Shown: positions 39,822 through 49,780, counted from the first letter of the stretch. The stretch: DNA of 64,000 nucleotides from Chloroflexota bacterium (GCA_028875225.1 JAPPFB010000018.1:2237-66236); one strand, 5' to 3'. Notes: generated by a model not told the origin, from the letters alone. A program made the numbers and translations.

Positions 39822-41719
39822 GAAGTCGCTCCCAATTCAATCAGCACCGCGTCCTCGTCGACGGAGTCACCGGCGCTGGAGTGCACCGCCTTCACGATGC
39901 CCGCGTTCGGGGCAGTCAACAGGTGTTCAATCTTCATTGCTTCCATCACTGCCAGGGTCTGGCCCGCCTCGACTTCATCGCCGACAGCCACCAGCACCTC
40001 GATCATCGTCCCCGGCATCGGCGCGCGCACCACGTTCGCTCCGCCGGCGCGACTTCTTCCCGCTCCCGTTCGCCGCCGCCGCTCACGCAGGAAGACCCAG
40101 CGGCGCTCGTTGTTCGTCACGACCACACCGCGCGGCGATACCTCCGCCGTCCAGTCCCGGCCCTTGGCGACGGGGCCGTGCGTGGCGTCGTCAACCGTGG
40201 CCGACCATCCGTCGGCCGTTCGCGACATGCGGACTTCATGGACCCGGCCATGGAGCAGGTACTTGCGCGTCAACTCGCCCGAAGATCGCCAGGCGCCCGC
40301 CTCCGCGTCCGCCAGGGCGGCTGCAGCGAGCGCATCCGCTGGCGCTTCTCGTTGCGGCAACTCAACCCGATCGAGCCAACCAATATCTACCGCACCGCCG
40401 CGGAAGTCTTCCGACTCGAGGATCGCAGCCAGCTGTCCCAGATTGGTCGTCACGCCCTCGATCGCCCAGCCGTCAAGAGCCTCCGCCGCTCGATCCAGCG
40501 CTGCTTCACGAGACTCGGCATGAACGATCGTCTTGGCCAGCATCGGGTCGTAGTGTGCCGTCACCAGGTCACCGGTGGCAGGACCGACGTCGTGCCGCGC
40601 GCGGTAATCCAGCGCGTCGAACCAGCGCAATCGCCCGGTCGAGGGTACATAGCCTCGCGACGGATCCTCGGCGTAGATCCGAGTTTCGATCGAGTGGCCG
40701 TCAAAGCTGACGTCTTGCTGAGAGATCGGCAACGCGCCCCCACCGGCAACACGAAGCTGCAGTTCGACCAGGTCCAACCCGGTCAGCATCTCCGTGACCG
40801 GATGCTCGACCTGCAGGCGCGTGTTGACCTCGAGAAACATGAACGATCCGTCCGGCATCAGCATGAACTCGACTGTGCCCGCTCCGACATATCCGGCCGC
40901 TCGGCAGACATTCAGCGCCGCTTGTCCAAGTTCCTCGCGCAACGCTTCGCCAACGGCCGGCGAGGGCGATTCCTCAATCACTTTCTGTCGGCGGCGCTGA
41001 ACCGAGCAGTCCCGCTCGCCAAGGTGGACGCCGTTGCCATGCTCGTCGAACAGCACCTGGACCTCGACATGCCTGCCTTCCGACATCGCCCGCTCGACCA
41101 ACAGTCGACCGTCGCCGAACGCCGCTTGCGCCTCACGCCGGGCGCCCGCCACAGCCGATTCGATTCCATCCGGTGCATCGTCCGCCGAACGCAACAGGCG
41201 CATCCCGCGGCCGCCGCCTCCGGCTGCCGCCTTGATCATCACCGGCAGGCCCATCGCCTCAATCGCCGAGGCCAGCGCCGCATCGCCCTCATCCTCCTCC
41301 ACGCCCTCGGCCACCGGCACGCCGGACGCAATCGCCAACCGTCGCGCCGCCACCTTGTCGCCCAGCGCCTCAATCGCCGACGCCGGAGGGCCGATCCACG
41401 AGAGTCCCGCCTCAGTCACCGCCTCGGCGAAGTCGGCCCGCTCGGAAAGAAATCCATAGCCGGGATGCACCGCGTCGGCACCCGTGGACCGGGCTGCCTC
41501 AATCAGCGCGGGGATGTTGAGATAGCTATCCGCGGCAGGGGCGGAACCGATTCGCACCGCCCGATCCGCGTTTGCCACATGCGGCGCCGACCGGTCGGCG
41601 TCGGAGTAGACCGCGACCGAACCCACGCCCAGCCGCCGGCAAGTGCGAATGATCCGCGAGGCGATCTCGCCTCGATTGGCAACGAGAACACACGAAGGGA
41701 GCCTGTCGGCGCCAGACAT
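39818..41719 (-). CDS. Biotin carboxylase fused to biotin-carboxyl-carrier domain (acyl-CoA carboxylase alpha subunit)
   Basis: 633 aa. CVLVANRGEIASRIIRTCR, ATP-grasp motifs, C-terminal EAMKIEH biotinylation motif (AMKM variant). No carboxyltransferase subunit gene in the window. Confidence 0.85.
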   Translation of the reverse strand: MSGADRLPSCVLVANRGEIASRIIRTCRRLGVGSVAVYSDADRSAPHVANADRAVRIGSAPAADSYLNIPALIEAARSTGADAVHPGYGFLSERADFAEAVTEAGLSWIGPPASAIEALGDKVAARRLAIASGVPVAEGVEEDEGDAALASAIEAMGLPVMIKAAAGGGGRGMRLLRSADDAPDGIESAVAGARREAQAAFGDGRLLVERAMSEGRHVEVQVLFDEHGNGVHLGERDCSVQRRRQKVIEESPSPAVGEALREELGQAALNVCRAAGYVGAGTVEFMLMPDGSFMFLEVNTRLQVEHPVTEMLTGLDLVELQLRVAGGGALPISQQDVSFDGHSIETRIYAEDPSRGYVPSTGRLRWFDALDYRARHDVGPATGDLVTAHYDPMLAKTIVHAESREAALDRAAEALDGWAIEGVTTNLGQLAAILESEDFRGGAVDIGWLDRVELPQREAPADALAAAALADAEAGAWRSSGELTRKYLLHGRVHEVRMSRTADGWSATVDDATHGPVAKGRDWTAEVSPRGVVVTNNERRWVFLRERRRRTGAGRSRAGGANVVRAPMPGTMIEVLVAVGDEVEAGQTLAVMEAMKIEHLLTAPNAGIVKAVHSSAGDSVDEDAVLIELGATS

Positions 41720-41767
41720 GCCTTGAGTCTATCCCTCGCCCCAAGAGTCACTGGATACTCTGGAGAC

Positions 41768-42514
41768 ATGGCGAGTCAGATCGAGGAACTGCACGTCTTT
41801 GCCGGACAGAACTTCGGCCGCCACCTGCTGGCGAACAGCTATCCCGGCCGCGGCATCGTCGTCGGGAGACTGGAGACCGAGGATGAAGTCGACGTCTGGG
41901 TCCAGATCTACTGGATCATGGGCCGAAGCGAGAACAGTCGCAACCGCCGATTCGTGGTCGGTGGATCAGCCGACCAGGAACTCCGCACCGAAGCGCGCGA
42001 TCCAGCCCTGGTCACTGATCCAACCAACATCATCTACGAAGCGATGCTGGAACTGCCCGACATCTATCTCGTCTCAAACGGGGATCACACCCGCACCATC
42101 CACGAGACGATCGAGCGCTCAGCCCGCTTCGAAGATGCGCTCGCCGTACGCGAACGGGAGGACGACGCCCCCAACTACACCCCTCGCATCGCATCCATGC
42201 TCGATCTGCGCGGCCACGGCGAACTCTGTTTCGCCATCCTCAGGGCAAACGCCGCCGACCACGATCAGACCGACAGGATCGTGTGGCGATTTCCGTTCCC
42301 GCCGCAAGGCCTCGGATACGGCATCACCACCTATCGCCACGACGGCAATCCCTTGCCCCCCTTCGCCGGCGACCCGCTCTGGCTCCCCTTGCCCGGCACA
42401 CCCGAGGACATCGCCGATGCCTATTGGAACGCCCTCGATGAAGACAACAGGATCGCACTCGCCGTCAAAGTGATTGACGCGGACGGCTCCCGCATCATCC
42501 TGCGCCAGCACTAA
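41768..42514 (+). CDS. purO: PurO-type (archaeal-type) IMP cyclohydrolase-like protein
   Basis: 248-aa C-terminal part of the spurious 1131-aa track ORF 39119..42514, with its own ATG and GGAGA RBS. GRGIVVGR, VSNGDHTRTI and NYTPRIA segments resemble my recollection of PF07826 PurO motifs. Family assignment from memory only. Confidence 0.5.
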   Translation: MASQIEELHVFAGQNFGRHLLANSYPGRGIVVGRLETEDEVDVWVQIYWIMGRSENSRNRRFVVGGSADQELRTEARDPALVTDPTNIIYEAMLELPDIYLVSNGDHTRTIHETIERSARFEDALAVREREDDAPNYTPRIASMLDLRGHGELCFAILRANAADHDQTDRIVWRFPFPPQGLGYGITTYRHDGNPLPPFAGDPLWLPLPGTPEDIADAYWNALDEDNRIALAVKVIDADGSRIILRQH

Positions 42515-42951
42515 CGCCTGGCTGTCGGCGCCTGCATCAACACATTGATCCCGGCCAGCGAGAACTCCCGGTCCGCAGTCAAGGCATCCGAAACTCTTCG
42601 CTCGCGCATGACCAAAATCGAGATGCAGTCGTGCAGGCTCAGCCTGCTGTACCGAAACTCTCCGCCGTAGGCTTCGATTGCGTTCTCGACTAGTCCAGAC
42701 GTCAACTCCACAACTTCGATCCTGTCATTGGATCTGAGTTGTTGCGCAATCCCTGCTGCGCTGCGCCGCCGCACTGGGCTGAGTCGCGAGCAGTGTGCGA
42801 GGAACTCACCAATGATTCCATCGGTCGTCAGGAGACTTCGGGTCTCGTACAGGCCAGCGAACTCTGCGGCTGACTCATTCCACTGGTCGAGTGGATCAAA
42901 GGAGGCAATGAGGTAGACGGAATCGACGAAGACTGGAGGCTCGGGATTCAT
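42511..42951 (-). CDS. PIN-domain ribonuclease (VapC-like toxin), paralog of 1362..1793
   Basis: 146 aa. VFVDSV..., GEFRYSRLSLHDCISILVMRE, TADREFSLAG share motifs with the first PIN protein. Confidence 0.7.
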   Translation of the reverse strand: MNPEPPVFVDSVYLIASFDPLDQWNESAAEFAGLYETRSLLTTDGIIGEFLAHCSRLSPVRRRSAAGIAQQLRSNDRIEVVELTSGLVENAIEAYGGEFRYSRLSLHDCISILVMRERRVSDALTADREFSLAGINVLMQAPTARR

Positions 42952-43175
42952 TCCTCAGGTGAAGGTGGGCGCCGAGAAGGTTCACGAGCAGCCACTTCAT
43001 CCAGGTACGCCACCATTTTGGCGCGCTCAGCCTTACGCGTCTCTTCTGGAATCAATGCCGCCAACCGGCGCCCCAGCTCGTTGATGTACCGGAGCGGCTG
43101 TGATTTCAGAGGCTCCAGCTCATCGAAGATGGCTTGCGCTTCCGGATCGAGCTCTATCTCGGTTCGATTCGTCAT
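42948..43175 (-). CDS. Small protein upstream of and overlapping PIN gene, candidate antitoxin
   Basis: 75 aa. 4-nt overlap with the PIN start. Role assigned by position only. Confidence 0.4.
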   Translation of the reverse strand: MTNRTEIELDPEAQAIFDELEPLKSQPLRYINELGRRLAALIPEETRKAERAKMVAYLDEVAAREPSRRPPSPEE

Positions 43176-43208
43176 GACCGGCTCCCTGGCTCAGCGTATC
43201 GCGTTCGC

Positions 43209-45608
43209 TTAGTCGTCGGACGAACTCAGCCCACCACGAGCAATCAGCACTGGCGCAGTCGGAACATCCGACGTGATCTCCAGCGCATATAACTCCGCGA
43301 TCTGCTCGTCGTCGTAACCCAGCTCCGACAGCACCTCGTGATTGTGCTCGGCAAACCTGGGGGCCGCGCGGCGGATCGATGGGTTCGTTCGGCTGAATCT
43401 CCAGGGCCAACTCGGATACGGATAGACGCCCACGACCGAATGCTCTACCCATTGATAGAAGCCGCTGGCGTGGATATGCGGGTCGTGCAGCACCTGCCAG
43501 TTGGCCAGGATTGGCGCCGCCGATACGCCGCCCCGTTGCAGTTCCCACGCGCCCTCGTACTGTTCACGCTCGCTCGTCCACGCTTCAATCGCGGCGTCCA
43601 GCTCGTCGTGACGCGCAATCCGCCCCTCAAGAGATGCCAACTCCGAATCAGCCAGCAGATCATCGCGTCCGATCACCTCGCACAGCGCGAACCAGTCCGC
43701 ATCGCTCTGCACCGACACCGCAATCCAGCAATCCTCGCCGGCCGCGCGGTACGCGCCCTGCGGAGCGGAGCGTCGATCGCGGTTGCCATTCGGCCGGCGA
43801 ATCTCGCGGGTCGTCTGATACTCCATCAGCGCCTCGAAGAAGTACGCGGCTCCGGCCTCGTTCAGCGCGACGTCGATGTACTGGCCGTCGCCCGTCGCAT
43901 CCCGATGTTCCAGACCGGCCAGGATCGCCACCGTCGCATGGTTGCCCGAGACCGGATCGGCGTAGAACAACGGCGTCCGGCGCACCTGGTCGGCCTGGTA
44001 GCCAGTGACCGATGCCAGACCCGACGACGCCTCGATGTTCGACCCATACGCTGACCAGTCCCGCCAGGGTCCAGTCGCGCCGAAGCCCGACATCGAGACG
44101 TAGATCAGTCCTGGGTTCTCCTGGCGCACGGTCTCGTAGTCAAGCCCGAGGTTGGGCATCACCCGGGCCGAGTTGTTCTCAACGAACACGTCCGCCTCCC
44201 GCATCAGCTCGAGGAAGATCTGCTTACCCTCCTCGGCCGACAGATCGACGACCAAGTCGCGCTTGTTCCGGTTGAGCAGGTTGAAGTACATCGCGCGGTC
44301 GTAGGGATACTTCTGCGGATCCTGCGTCGGACCGGGCATGAACAACGCCCGCGTCGCCGGACGCGCCGCCCACTCGAGCTTGACTACATCCGCGCCCAGG
44401 TCACCCAGGTGCCGTCCGACAATTGGACCCGCCCAGTTGCCGGTCAGTTCGACCACCTTGAGCCCGGCGAGCGGCAAGTCGGTGGTCGCCATCGCGGGCG
44501 GCGGTGTCGGCGCGGGAGTCGAGGCGAACTCCTCCATCAAGGCCGTTGTGTGCTGTCCCAGCTTCGGCGCTTCGCCCTGCCGCTCTGCTGGCGTCGCCGA
44601 CATCAGGTAGGCCGGACCGGGAAAGCGCAAATCATCCCACTCGGCGTCGTTGCCGTACTCCCACCAACCCCGAGTCGCCAGCTGGATGTTGTTCGTCAGC
44701 CCCCGCGCATCGAGTACCGGTGTGCATGCGATTCTCAGTTCCTGAGCCTTTGTCGCGACCTCCTCCGCGTCATAGTCCTGCGCCCACGACTCGACATCCT
44801 CATACAGCTGACCCAGCTGCTTGCGCCAGTCGTCGATGTCGTTGATCTCGACGCTCTCCATCCGCTCCGGCTGATCGATCAGCAGGAAGATGTTGGGATT
44901 CGGCACTGCCCGCATGAACAGCGCCCAGCCGTCCCGCGTTTTGGTGAAATCGTGCGGAACCCGATTCATCGCAGATCCGCTCGCGATCCAGGACGAGATC
45001 AACCACGCGTGCGCTGACAGGTTGGACTCCAGCGCCGACACCTCGACCGACTGTCCGTGGCCCGAGCGCCGCCGTTCCCGTACGGCGGTCAATGCGCCAA
45101 TCGCTGCATGAACGCCCGCGTGTAACTCCGATTGTCCGCCCGGCAGCATCAGCGGTGCGCCGTCCGGATCGCCGGTGAAGAACATGTAGCCGCCCATCGC
45201 CCATGTCGCGATCTCCGATCCGCGCCAGCCCGCGTATAGTCCCTCGGAGCCCCAGGGCGAGAGCTCAATCCGAATCAACCGCTCCGCCAACACGGTCGGC
45301 AGCGCCGACCGCCAGCTCGATCCCTCATCGAGGATCAACACGTCCGCGGCCCGGCACAGCCCGGCGAGCAACCTGCGCGCCGATTCCTCGTCATCGGGAG
45401 CGGCTGACTCCTTGCCGCCGGCGAGATGCGCCCAGGGACCGCCCCAGGCCCGATCCTTCGCGCCCCACGCCCGCAGGAACGATCCCTCAGGCGGTTCCAC
45501 AACGACCACTCGGGCGCCAAGGTCGCCCAACAACTTCGAACAGTACGCCCCGCCCAATCCCGAGCTCAGATCAACGACCAGCAATCCGTCCAATGCTCGA
45601 GTGCTCAT
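43209..45608 (-). CDS. Tandem didomain family III CoA-transferase (two CaiB/BaiF modules fused)
   Basis: Start at ATG 45608 (MSTRALDGLLVVDLSSGLGGAYCSKLLGDLGARVVVVEPP) with GAGAGGA RBS. Second module LAGLKVVELTGNWAGPIVGRHLGDLGADVVKLE. The track ORF adds 36 spurious N-terminal codons. Confidence 0.8.
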   Translation of the reverse strand: MSTRALDGLLVVDLSSGLGGAYCSKLLGDLGARVVVVEPPEGSFLRAWGAKDRAWGGPWAHLAGGKESAAPDDEESARRLLAGLCRAADVLILDEGSSWRSALPTVLAERLIRIELSPWGSEGLYAGWRGSEIATWAMGGYMFFTGDPDGAPLMLPGGQSELHAGVHAAIGALTAVRERRRSGHGQSVEVSALESNLSAHAWLISSWIASGSAMNRVPHDFTKTRDGWALFMRAVPNPNIFLLIDQPERMESVEINDIDDWRKQLGQLYEDVESWAQDYDAEEVATKAQELRIACTPVLDARGLTNNIQLATRGWWEYGNDAEWDDLRFPGPAYLMSATPAERQGEAPKLGQHTTALMEEFASTPAPTPPPAMATTDLPLAGLKVVELTGNWAGPIVGRHLGDLGADVVKLEWAARPATRALFMPGPTQDPQKYPYDRAMYFNLLNRNKRDLVVDLSAEEGKQIFLELMREADVFVENNSARVMPNLGLDYETVRQENPGLIYVSMSGFGATGPWRDWSAYGSNIEASSGLASVTGYQADQVRRTPLFYADPVSGNHATVAILAGLEHRDATGDGQYIDVALNEAGAAYFFEALMEYQTTREIRRPNGNRDRRSAPQGAYRAAGEDCWIAVSVQSDADWFALCEVIGRDDLLADSELASLEGRIARHDELDAAIEAWTSEREQYEGAWELQRGGVSAAPILANWQVLHDPHIHASGFYQWVEHSVVGVYPYPSWPWRFSRTNPSIRRAAPRFAEHNHEVLSELGYDDEQIAELYALEITSDVPTAPVLIARGGLSSSDD

Positions 45609-45621
45609 CTGAGCGTTCCTC

Positions 45622-46377
45622 TCAAACCAGCGGCCAGGGATACGAACGACGACCGGTCGGCGGATCCGGCAATCGACCTTCCTCCACGACCCGTTCCGCC
45701 CGCCGACGCAACACATCCATCTCGCCCTCGCTCAGCAACCCGGACAGTCTCGCCGCCGCCTCGCCGCCGTTGTCGAGTCGTGGAATCAGATGCTGCACAT
45801 CCGCGATCAGCGACGGCTGAATCTGCTCTCCCGCGTAGTCCCAGATCACAGTCCGCAACTTCTCTTCCTGGTGGAACGACAGCCCGTTGTCGATCCCCCA
45901 CAGCTGGTCGCCGATCCCCTTGAGGATGTGTCCGCCCTTCCGGTCAGCGTTGTTGGCGATCCAGTCGAACAGCGCAAACTTGCGCATGTCGTCCGCATAT
46001 TGCTCGCGAAGCTCGAAGAACGTCCGGCTGTAATCCGTCGGGATGTACGCCTGCAGCGACCCGACCCCGTACTCCATCCCCTCCTCCCGCTCGATCGTCG
46101 GAGGGATCAGCTCCCAGCCCAGCGCCGCCGATAGCTGATAGGCCGCCACCTCGCGCCGGTACAGATTGGGTGGGAAATCCCACAGCGGATTCTCGCCCTT
46201 GCCGGGCTTGTAGATCGCGTAGCCGGGCATGGCGGCGTCTTCGTGCTGTAGTTCCAGCAGAAAGACGTAGTTCGAGGCGTACGGGACGCGCGCCCCGTCA
46301 GTGACCGTGGAGGTCTCCAGCCACGACGTCACCCGCTCGTCCAGCGGATCCCAGGACTGCTCCGGAAAGCGCTCCAT
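45622..46377 (-). CDS. Hypothetical protein, possibly SCO1664-family / PI3-PI4-kinase-like fold
   Basis: 251 aa. DWIANNADRKGGHIL resembles the catalytic-loop region of HipA/PI-kinase-like proteins. Weak assignment. Confidence 0.45.
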   Translation of the reverse strand: MERFPEQSWDPLDERVTSWLETSTVTDGARVPYASNYVFLLELQHEDAAMPGYAIYKPGKGENPLWDFPPNLYRREVAAYQLSAALGWELIPPTIEREEGMEYGVGSLQAYIPTDYSRTFFELREQYADDMRKFALFDWIANNADRKGGHILKGIGDQLWGIDNGLSFHQEEKLRTVIWDYAGEQIQPSLIADVQHLIPRLDNGGEAAARLSGLLSEGEMDVLRRRAERVVEEGRLPDPPTGRRSYPWPLV

Positions 46378-46415
46378 GGCCGCAAGCGTACGCGATGTTG
46401 CGGCCCCTCCGAACG

Positions 46416-47195
46416 CTAATCCACGACCGTAATCTCGTCCCCGACCCGCACGTTGCCGCCGACGATCACGTTCGCCTCGACGCCAAAGTCCAGGTGCCCG
46501 TACTCGGCATTCAGCAGCTTCATCAGGTCCAGGTCCCGACCCTCTCCGGTCGGCGACGCGTTGACCGCATTGCAGCGCTGGATCGGAGCTGTCACTTCAA
46601 TCTCCACCGTCTCGCCGATCTTGACCCGCTTCCCCACCCACTCGAACTCGCTCCATTGGCCAATGCCCTCGACGGAGAAGTTGAGCCGGAAGCGGCGCAT
46701 ATCGACATCCACGCCCGCCTTCTCCGACAGGTCGGCCAGCGAAGCCAGGCCGCCCAGCGATATCTGCGTCGGACCGCGATCCGTGAAGCGCGACTCCCCG
46801 TCGCCCAGCAATCTGAGCGGTTCGCGCTCCGGCCGACCCCGCAGCGGATTCTCCGGCAATCCCAGCACCACGTCGGTCATCCAGTCCGACAGTTCCAGGC
46901 GCGACGCCTGGTCGTCGACTGCCGCCGACTTCGTCTGACCTTTGACCGTCACCGACAACACCCGTGCTTCAGGATCCCAGCCCGACTCAATCCACGGCAG
47001 ATACGGAGTGTTCAGCATCGTCACCGACTGCCGCTTCGACACCCAGCCAATCGACCCCATCATCTCCGCATTCCCAAACGCAAAGATGAACGCCCGGTCC
47101 CCCACAACCGACTCCCCCGGCCGAAGCTCCAACGACGCCATCGAATGAGTCGTCATCCCCTTCACCGGATACGTGTAACACGCCGCAATCTTCAT
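46416..47195 (-). CDS. MOSC-domain protein (YcbX-like)
   Basis: Internal ATG MKIAACYTYPVKG (typical MOSC N-terminal beta-barrel start). Conserved Cys in PIQRCNAVN. Confidence 0.7.
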   Translation of the reverse strand: MKIAACYTYPVKGMTTHSMASLELRPGESVVGDRAFIFAFGNAEMMGSIGWVSKRQSVTMLNTPYLPWIESGWDPEARVLSVTVKGQTKSAAVDDQASRLELSDWMTDVVLGLPENPLRGRPEREPLRLLGDGESRFTDRGPTQISLGGLASLADLSEKAGVDVDMRRFRLNFSVEGIGQWSEFEWVGKRVKIGETVEIEVTAPIQRCNAVNASPTGEGRDLDLMKLLNAEYGHLDFGVEANVIVGGNVRVGDEITVVD

Positions 47196-47197
47196 GA

Positions 47198-49780
47198 TCA
47201 GCCTCCAGCCTGCGCGACGGCAAACTCCCGACACGCCCGAGCCCGTTTCGCTTCGTCCAGCGACTCGCGCAGCGGTCGCGACAGGATCACCAGTTCGTCG
47301 CCCAACTCGTCCAGCAACGCCTCCGACCGTGCAATCACATGGTCCGACGGGGCCATCTGACCCGGATACAGCGCCCCGAAGAAGCGCGACGCATACTCCT
47401 TGTCCCGCTTGTCGAACACCGACCGCACCTCATCGAAGAACCGGTCGGTATAGCCATCGAGCAAGTCCGCCTGGGGCTTCCACCAGAATCCGTGCATCGA
47501 CGCCGTCAGCATCTGCAGCGACGCCTCCGTGTCCTCCTGGTACCGAGTCCACGCCTCGGCCTTCACCGAGGCGTCCGCCCGCGACGTACGAATCTGCTCC
47601 GCCGCTCGGCGCCCGCGATCCGATCCGTCTCGTTCCAACTCAGCCTCGAGCCGCTCGAATCCGCCCTCGACCCCATACGCCGTCGCCTTGGTCACCAGAG
47701 ACCAGCGCATGTCCTGATCGAGCTCAAACCCGTCAATCCCGGTGCCCTCGTCGACCAGCGCCAGCGCCTCGCCGATGTGCTCGACGTTCTGCGCCGCGCC
47801 GATCATCACCCGCGACCACATGATCCGGAAGTCCTGTTCGTTCGCCGAGAACAGCTGTTCCCGCGCGAATCCGTACAGCCCCGCCGCGCTCTCCAGCCGC
47901 AGATCGTCCGGCAGATACGAACTGACCGCGTGCAGCGCGTTGTACGCCACCGTCTGAGCGATCTCCAGCGTCGACTCCGATGACAGCTTGTCCGTCGCGA
48001 GCGACGCATAGTCCGCCGCCGAGAACTGTTGATCGCGGACCATGTCCCACAGCGTGTGCCACAGCAGCAGCCGCTGGAAGCCGTCCGGGAACCGATCCAG
48101 CTCGTCCTGCACGAACGCCAGGGTGCGCTCGTCCAGCGCGATCTTGGCGAACGCGTGGTCGTCATGATTCGGGAACACCGCCGCCGGCGCCGCCGCGCCC
48201 GACAACTCCTCGATCACCGTCGACGCCCCGTCGATGTCAACCGGCTGCGCATCGCGAAGCTGCGGCCCGTCGTCCGAGCGGTCGTAGACCGCGATTTCGG
48301 TTCGATGAGGACGCAGCGTGGGATGCTCTGCCGGCGCAGTCTGCTGGATCGTGAACGAGTTGACCGCTCCTTCCGCCACGTCCCACTGCGGCGCGATCGT
48401 GTTCACCCCGGCCGATTCCAGCCACAGCTCCGACCAGCGACCCAGCTCGCGCCCCGAGCCGCGCTCCAGCGCCGCCAGGAACTCGGCCAGTGTCGTGTTG
48501 CCCCAGGCGTGGGTCTGGAAGTAGTCGCGCATCCCGTCGCGGAACCCGTCCGCGCCGATGAACGCCACCAGCTGCTTCAGCACCGCCGCGCCCTTGCCGT
48601 AGGTGATCCCGTCGAAGTTGAGGAATGTCGCGTCCGTGTCGGGCACCTCGCCGGCGATCGGGTGAGTCGTCGGCATCTGATCCTGCTCGTACGCCCACGC
48701 CTTCATCCGCGCATGAAACGCCGACCAGGCGCTCTCCGACCAGCGGGTCGCGTGCTCCATCGCCAGGTAGGCCATGTAGGTCGCGAACGACTCGTTCAGC
48801 CACAGGTCGTTCCACCAACGCATGGTGACCAGGTCGCCGAACCACATGTGCGCCATCTCGTGCAGCACCACCTCGGCCCGGTTCAGCCGCTGAATCTCCG
48901 TTGGCGGGTCGCGGAAGATCATCCGCTCCGAGAACGTGATGCAGCCCACGTTCTCCATCGCGCCCATGTTGAACTCGGGCACGAAGACCTGGTCGTACTT
49001 GTCGAACGGATAGCGGAAGTCGAAGAACTCCGAGAAAAACGTCAACCCGTCCCGCGTCACCTGGAAGAACTCGTCCGGGTCGAAGTAGGGCGCAATCGAC
49101 TCCCGGCACAGTACCCCCAGCGACGTCTCGCCCGCAGCGTCCGACCACGTGTCCTCATAGCGCTTGTACGGACCCGCAATGAAGGCAAACAGGTACGTCG
49201 AGATCCGAGGCGTCTCCGTGAACACGTGAGTCGTCCGACCGTCGCCCGCGTCCGACGACGACACCACCGGATAGTTCGCCGCCACTTCCCACTCCGACGG
49301 CGCCGTCACCGTCAGGTCCAGCGACGCCTTGATGTCCGGCTGGTCGAAGCAGGGCAACAGCCGGTGAGCGTCGTACGGCTCAAAGTGCGTATACAGGTAC
49401 TCCTCGCCGTCCTCTGGATCGACAAACTGGTGCAGCCCCGCGCCGATGTGGTCGTACTCGTTCGTATACGAAATCTCCACCACGTTCTCCCCGGACAGGT
49501 CCGCCCCATCCAGGTACAGCCGATTCCGCTCGTGCCTGACCTCAACCTCTGACCCGTTGACCGACAGCGACTCGATCGACTTCGACGTGCAGTCAAGAAA
49601 CGTCCCGGCCGAAGGCTCAGCAAGCCTGAATCCAACCCGCACCGACCCCTCATACGTCGGAGACCCCTTGCGCAAGCTCAGCGAAAGCGTGTACCCAACA
49701 TCCGAAACCCGCCCCGCCCGCTCCTGCGCTTCCACCTCACTCAACACATTCAGCGTGTCCATCGTCGCTGCCTCTGTCAT
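47198..49780 (-). CDS. pepN: Aminopeptidase N (M1 family)
   Basis: 860 aa. GAMEN exopeptidase motif and HEMAHMWFGDLVT-(x18)-E zinc site. Confidence 0.9.
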   Translation of the reverse strand: MTEAATMDTLNVLSEVEAQERAGRVSDVGYTLSLSLRKGSPTYEGSVRVGFRLAEPSAGTFLDCTSKSIESLSVNGSEVEVRHERNRLYLDGADLSGENVVEISYTNEYDHIGAGLHQFVDPEDGEEYLYTHFEPYDAHRLLPCFDQPDIKASLDLTVTAPSEWEVAANYPVVSSSDAGDGRTTHVFTETPRISTYLFAFIAGPYKRYEDTWSDAAGETSLGVLCRESIAPYFDPDEFFQVTRDGLTFFSEFFDFRYPFDKYDQVFVPEFNMGAMENVGCITFSERMIFRDPPTEIQRLNRAEVVLHEMAHMWFGDLVTMRWWNDLWLNESFATYMAYLAMEHATRWSESAWSAFHARMKAWAYEQDQMPTTHPIAGEVPDTDATFLNFDGITYGKGAAVLKQLVAFIGADGFRDGMRDYFQTHAWGNTTLAEFLAALERGSGRELGRWSELWLESAGVNTIAPQWDVAEGAVNSFTIQQTAPAEHPTLRPHRTEIAVYDRSDDGPQLRDAQPVDIDGASTVIEELSGAAAPAAVFPNHDDHAFAKIALDERTLAFVQDELDRFPDGFQRLLLWHTLWDMVRDQQFSAADYASLATDKLSSESTLEIAQTVAYNALHAVSSYLPDDLRLESAAGLYGFAREQLFSANEQDFRIMWSRVMIGAAQNVEHIGEALALVDEGTGIDGFELDQDMRWSLVTKATAYGVEGGFERLEAELERDGSDRGRRAAEQIRTSRADASVKAEAWTRYQEDTEASLQMLTASMHGFWWKPQADLLDGYTDRFFDEVRSVFDKRDKEYASRFFGALYPGQMAPSDHVIARSEALLDELGDELVILSRPLRESLDEAKRARACREFAVAQAGG

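Noticed and set aside
39119-42514. 1131-aa ORF, the longest in the track
   Set aside because: It is Arg/Pro/Ala-rich and antisense to the well-supported pepP and biotin carboxylase genes over its first ~880 codons. This is a typical high-GC open-frame artefact. Only the last 248 codons (41768..42514, own ATG plus RBS) are a real gene, PurO-like.
43338-45204. Several 130-240-aa plus-strand ORFs (43338..44054, 44409..45017 etc.)
   Set aside because: All lie antisense within the didomain CoA-transferase gene, and their translations are Arg/Pro-rich.
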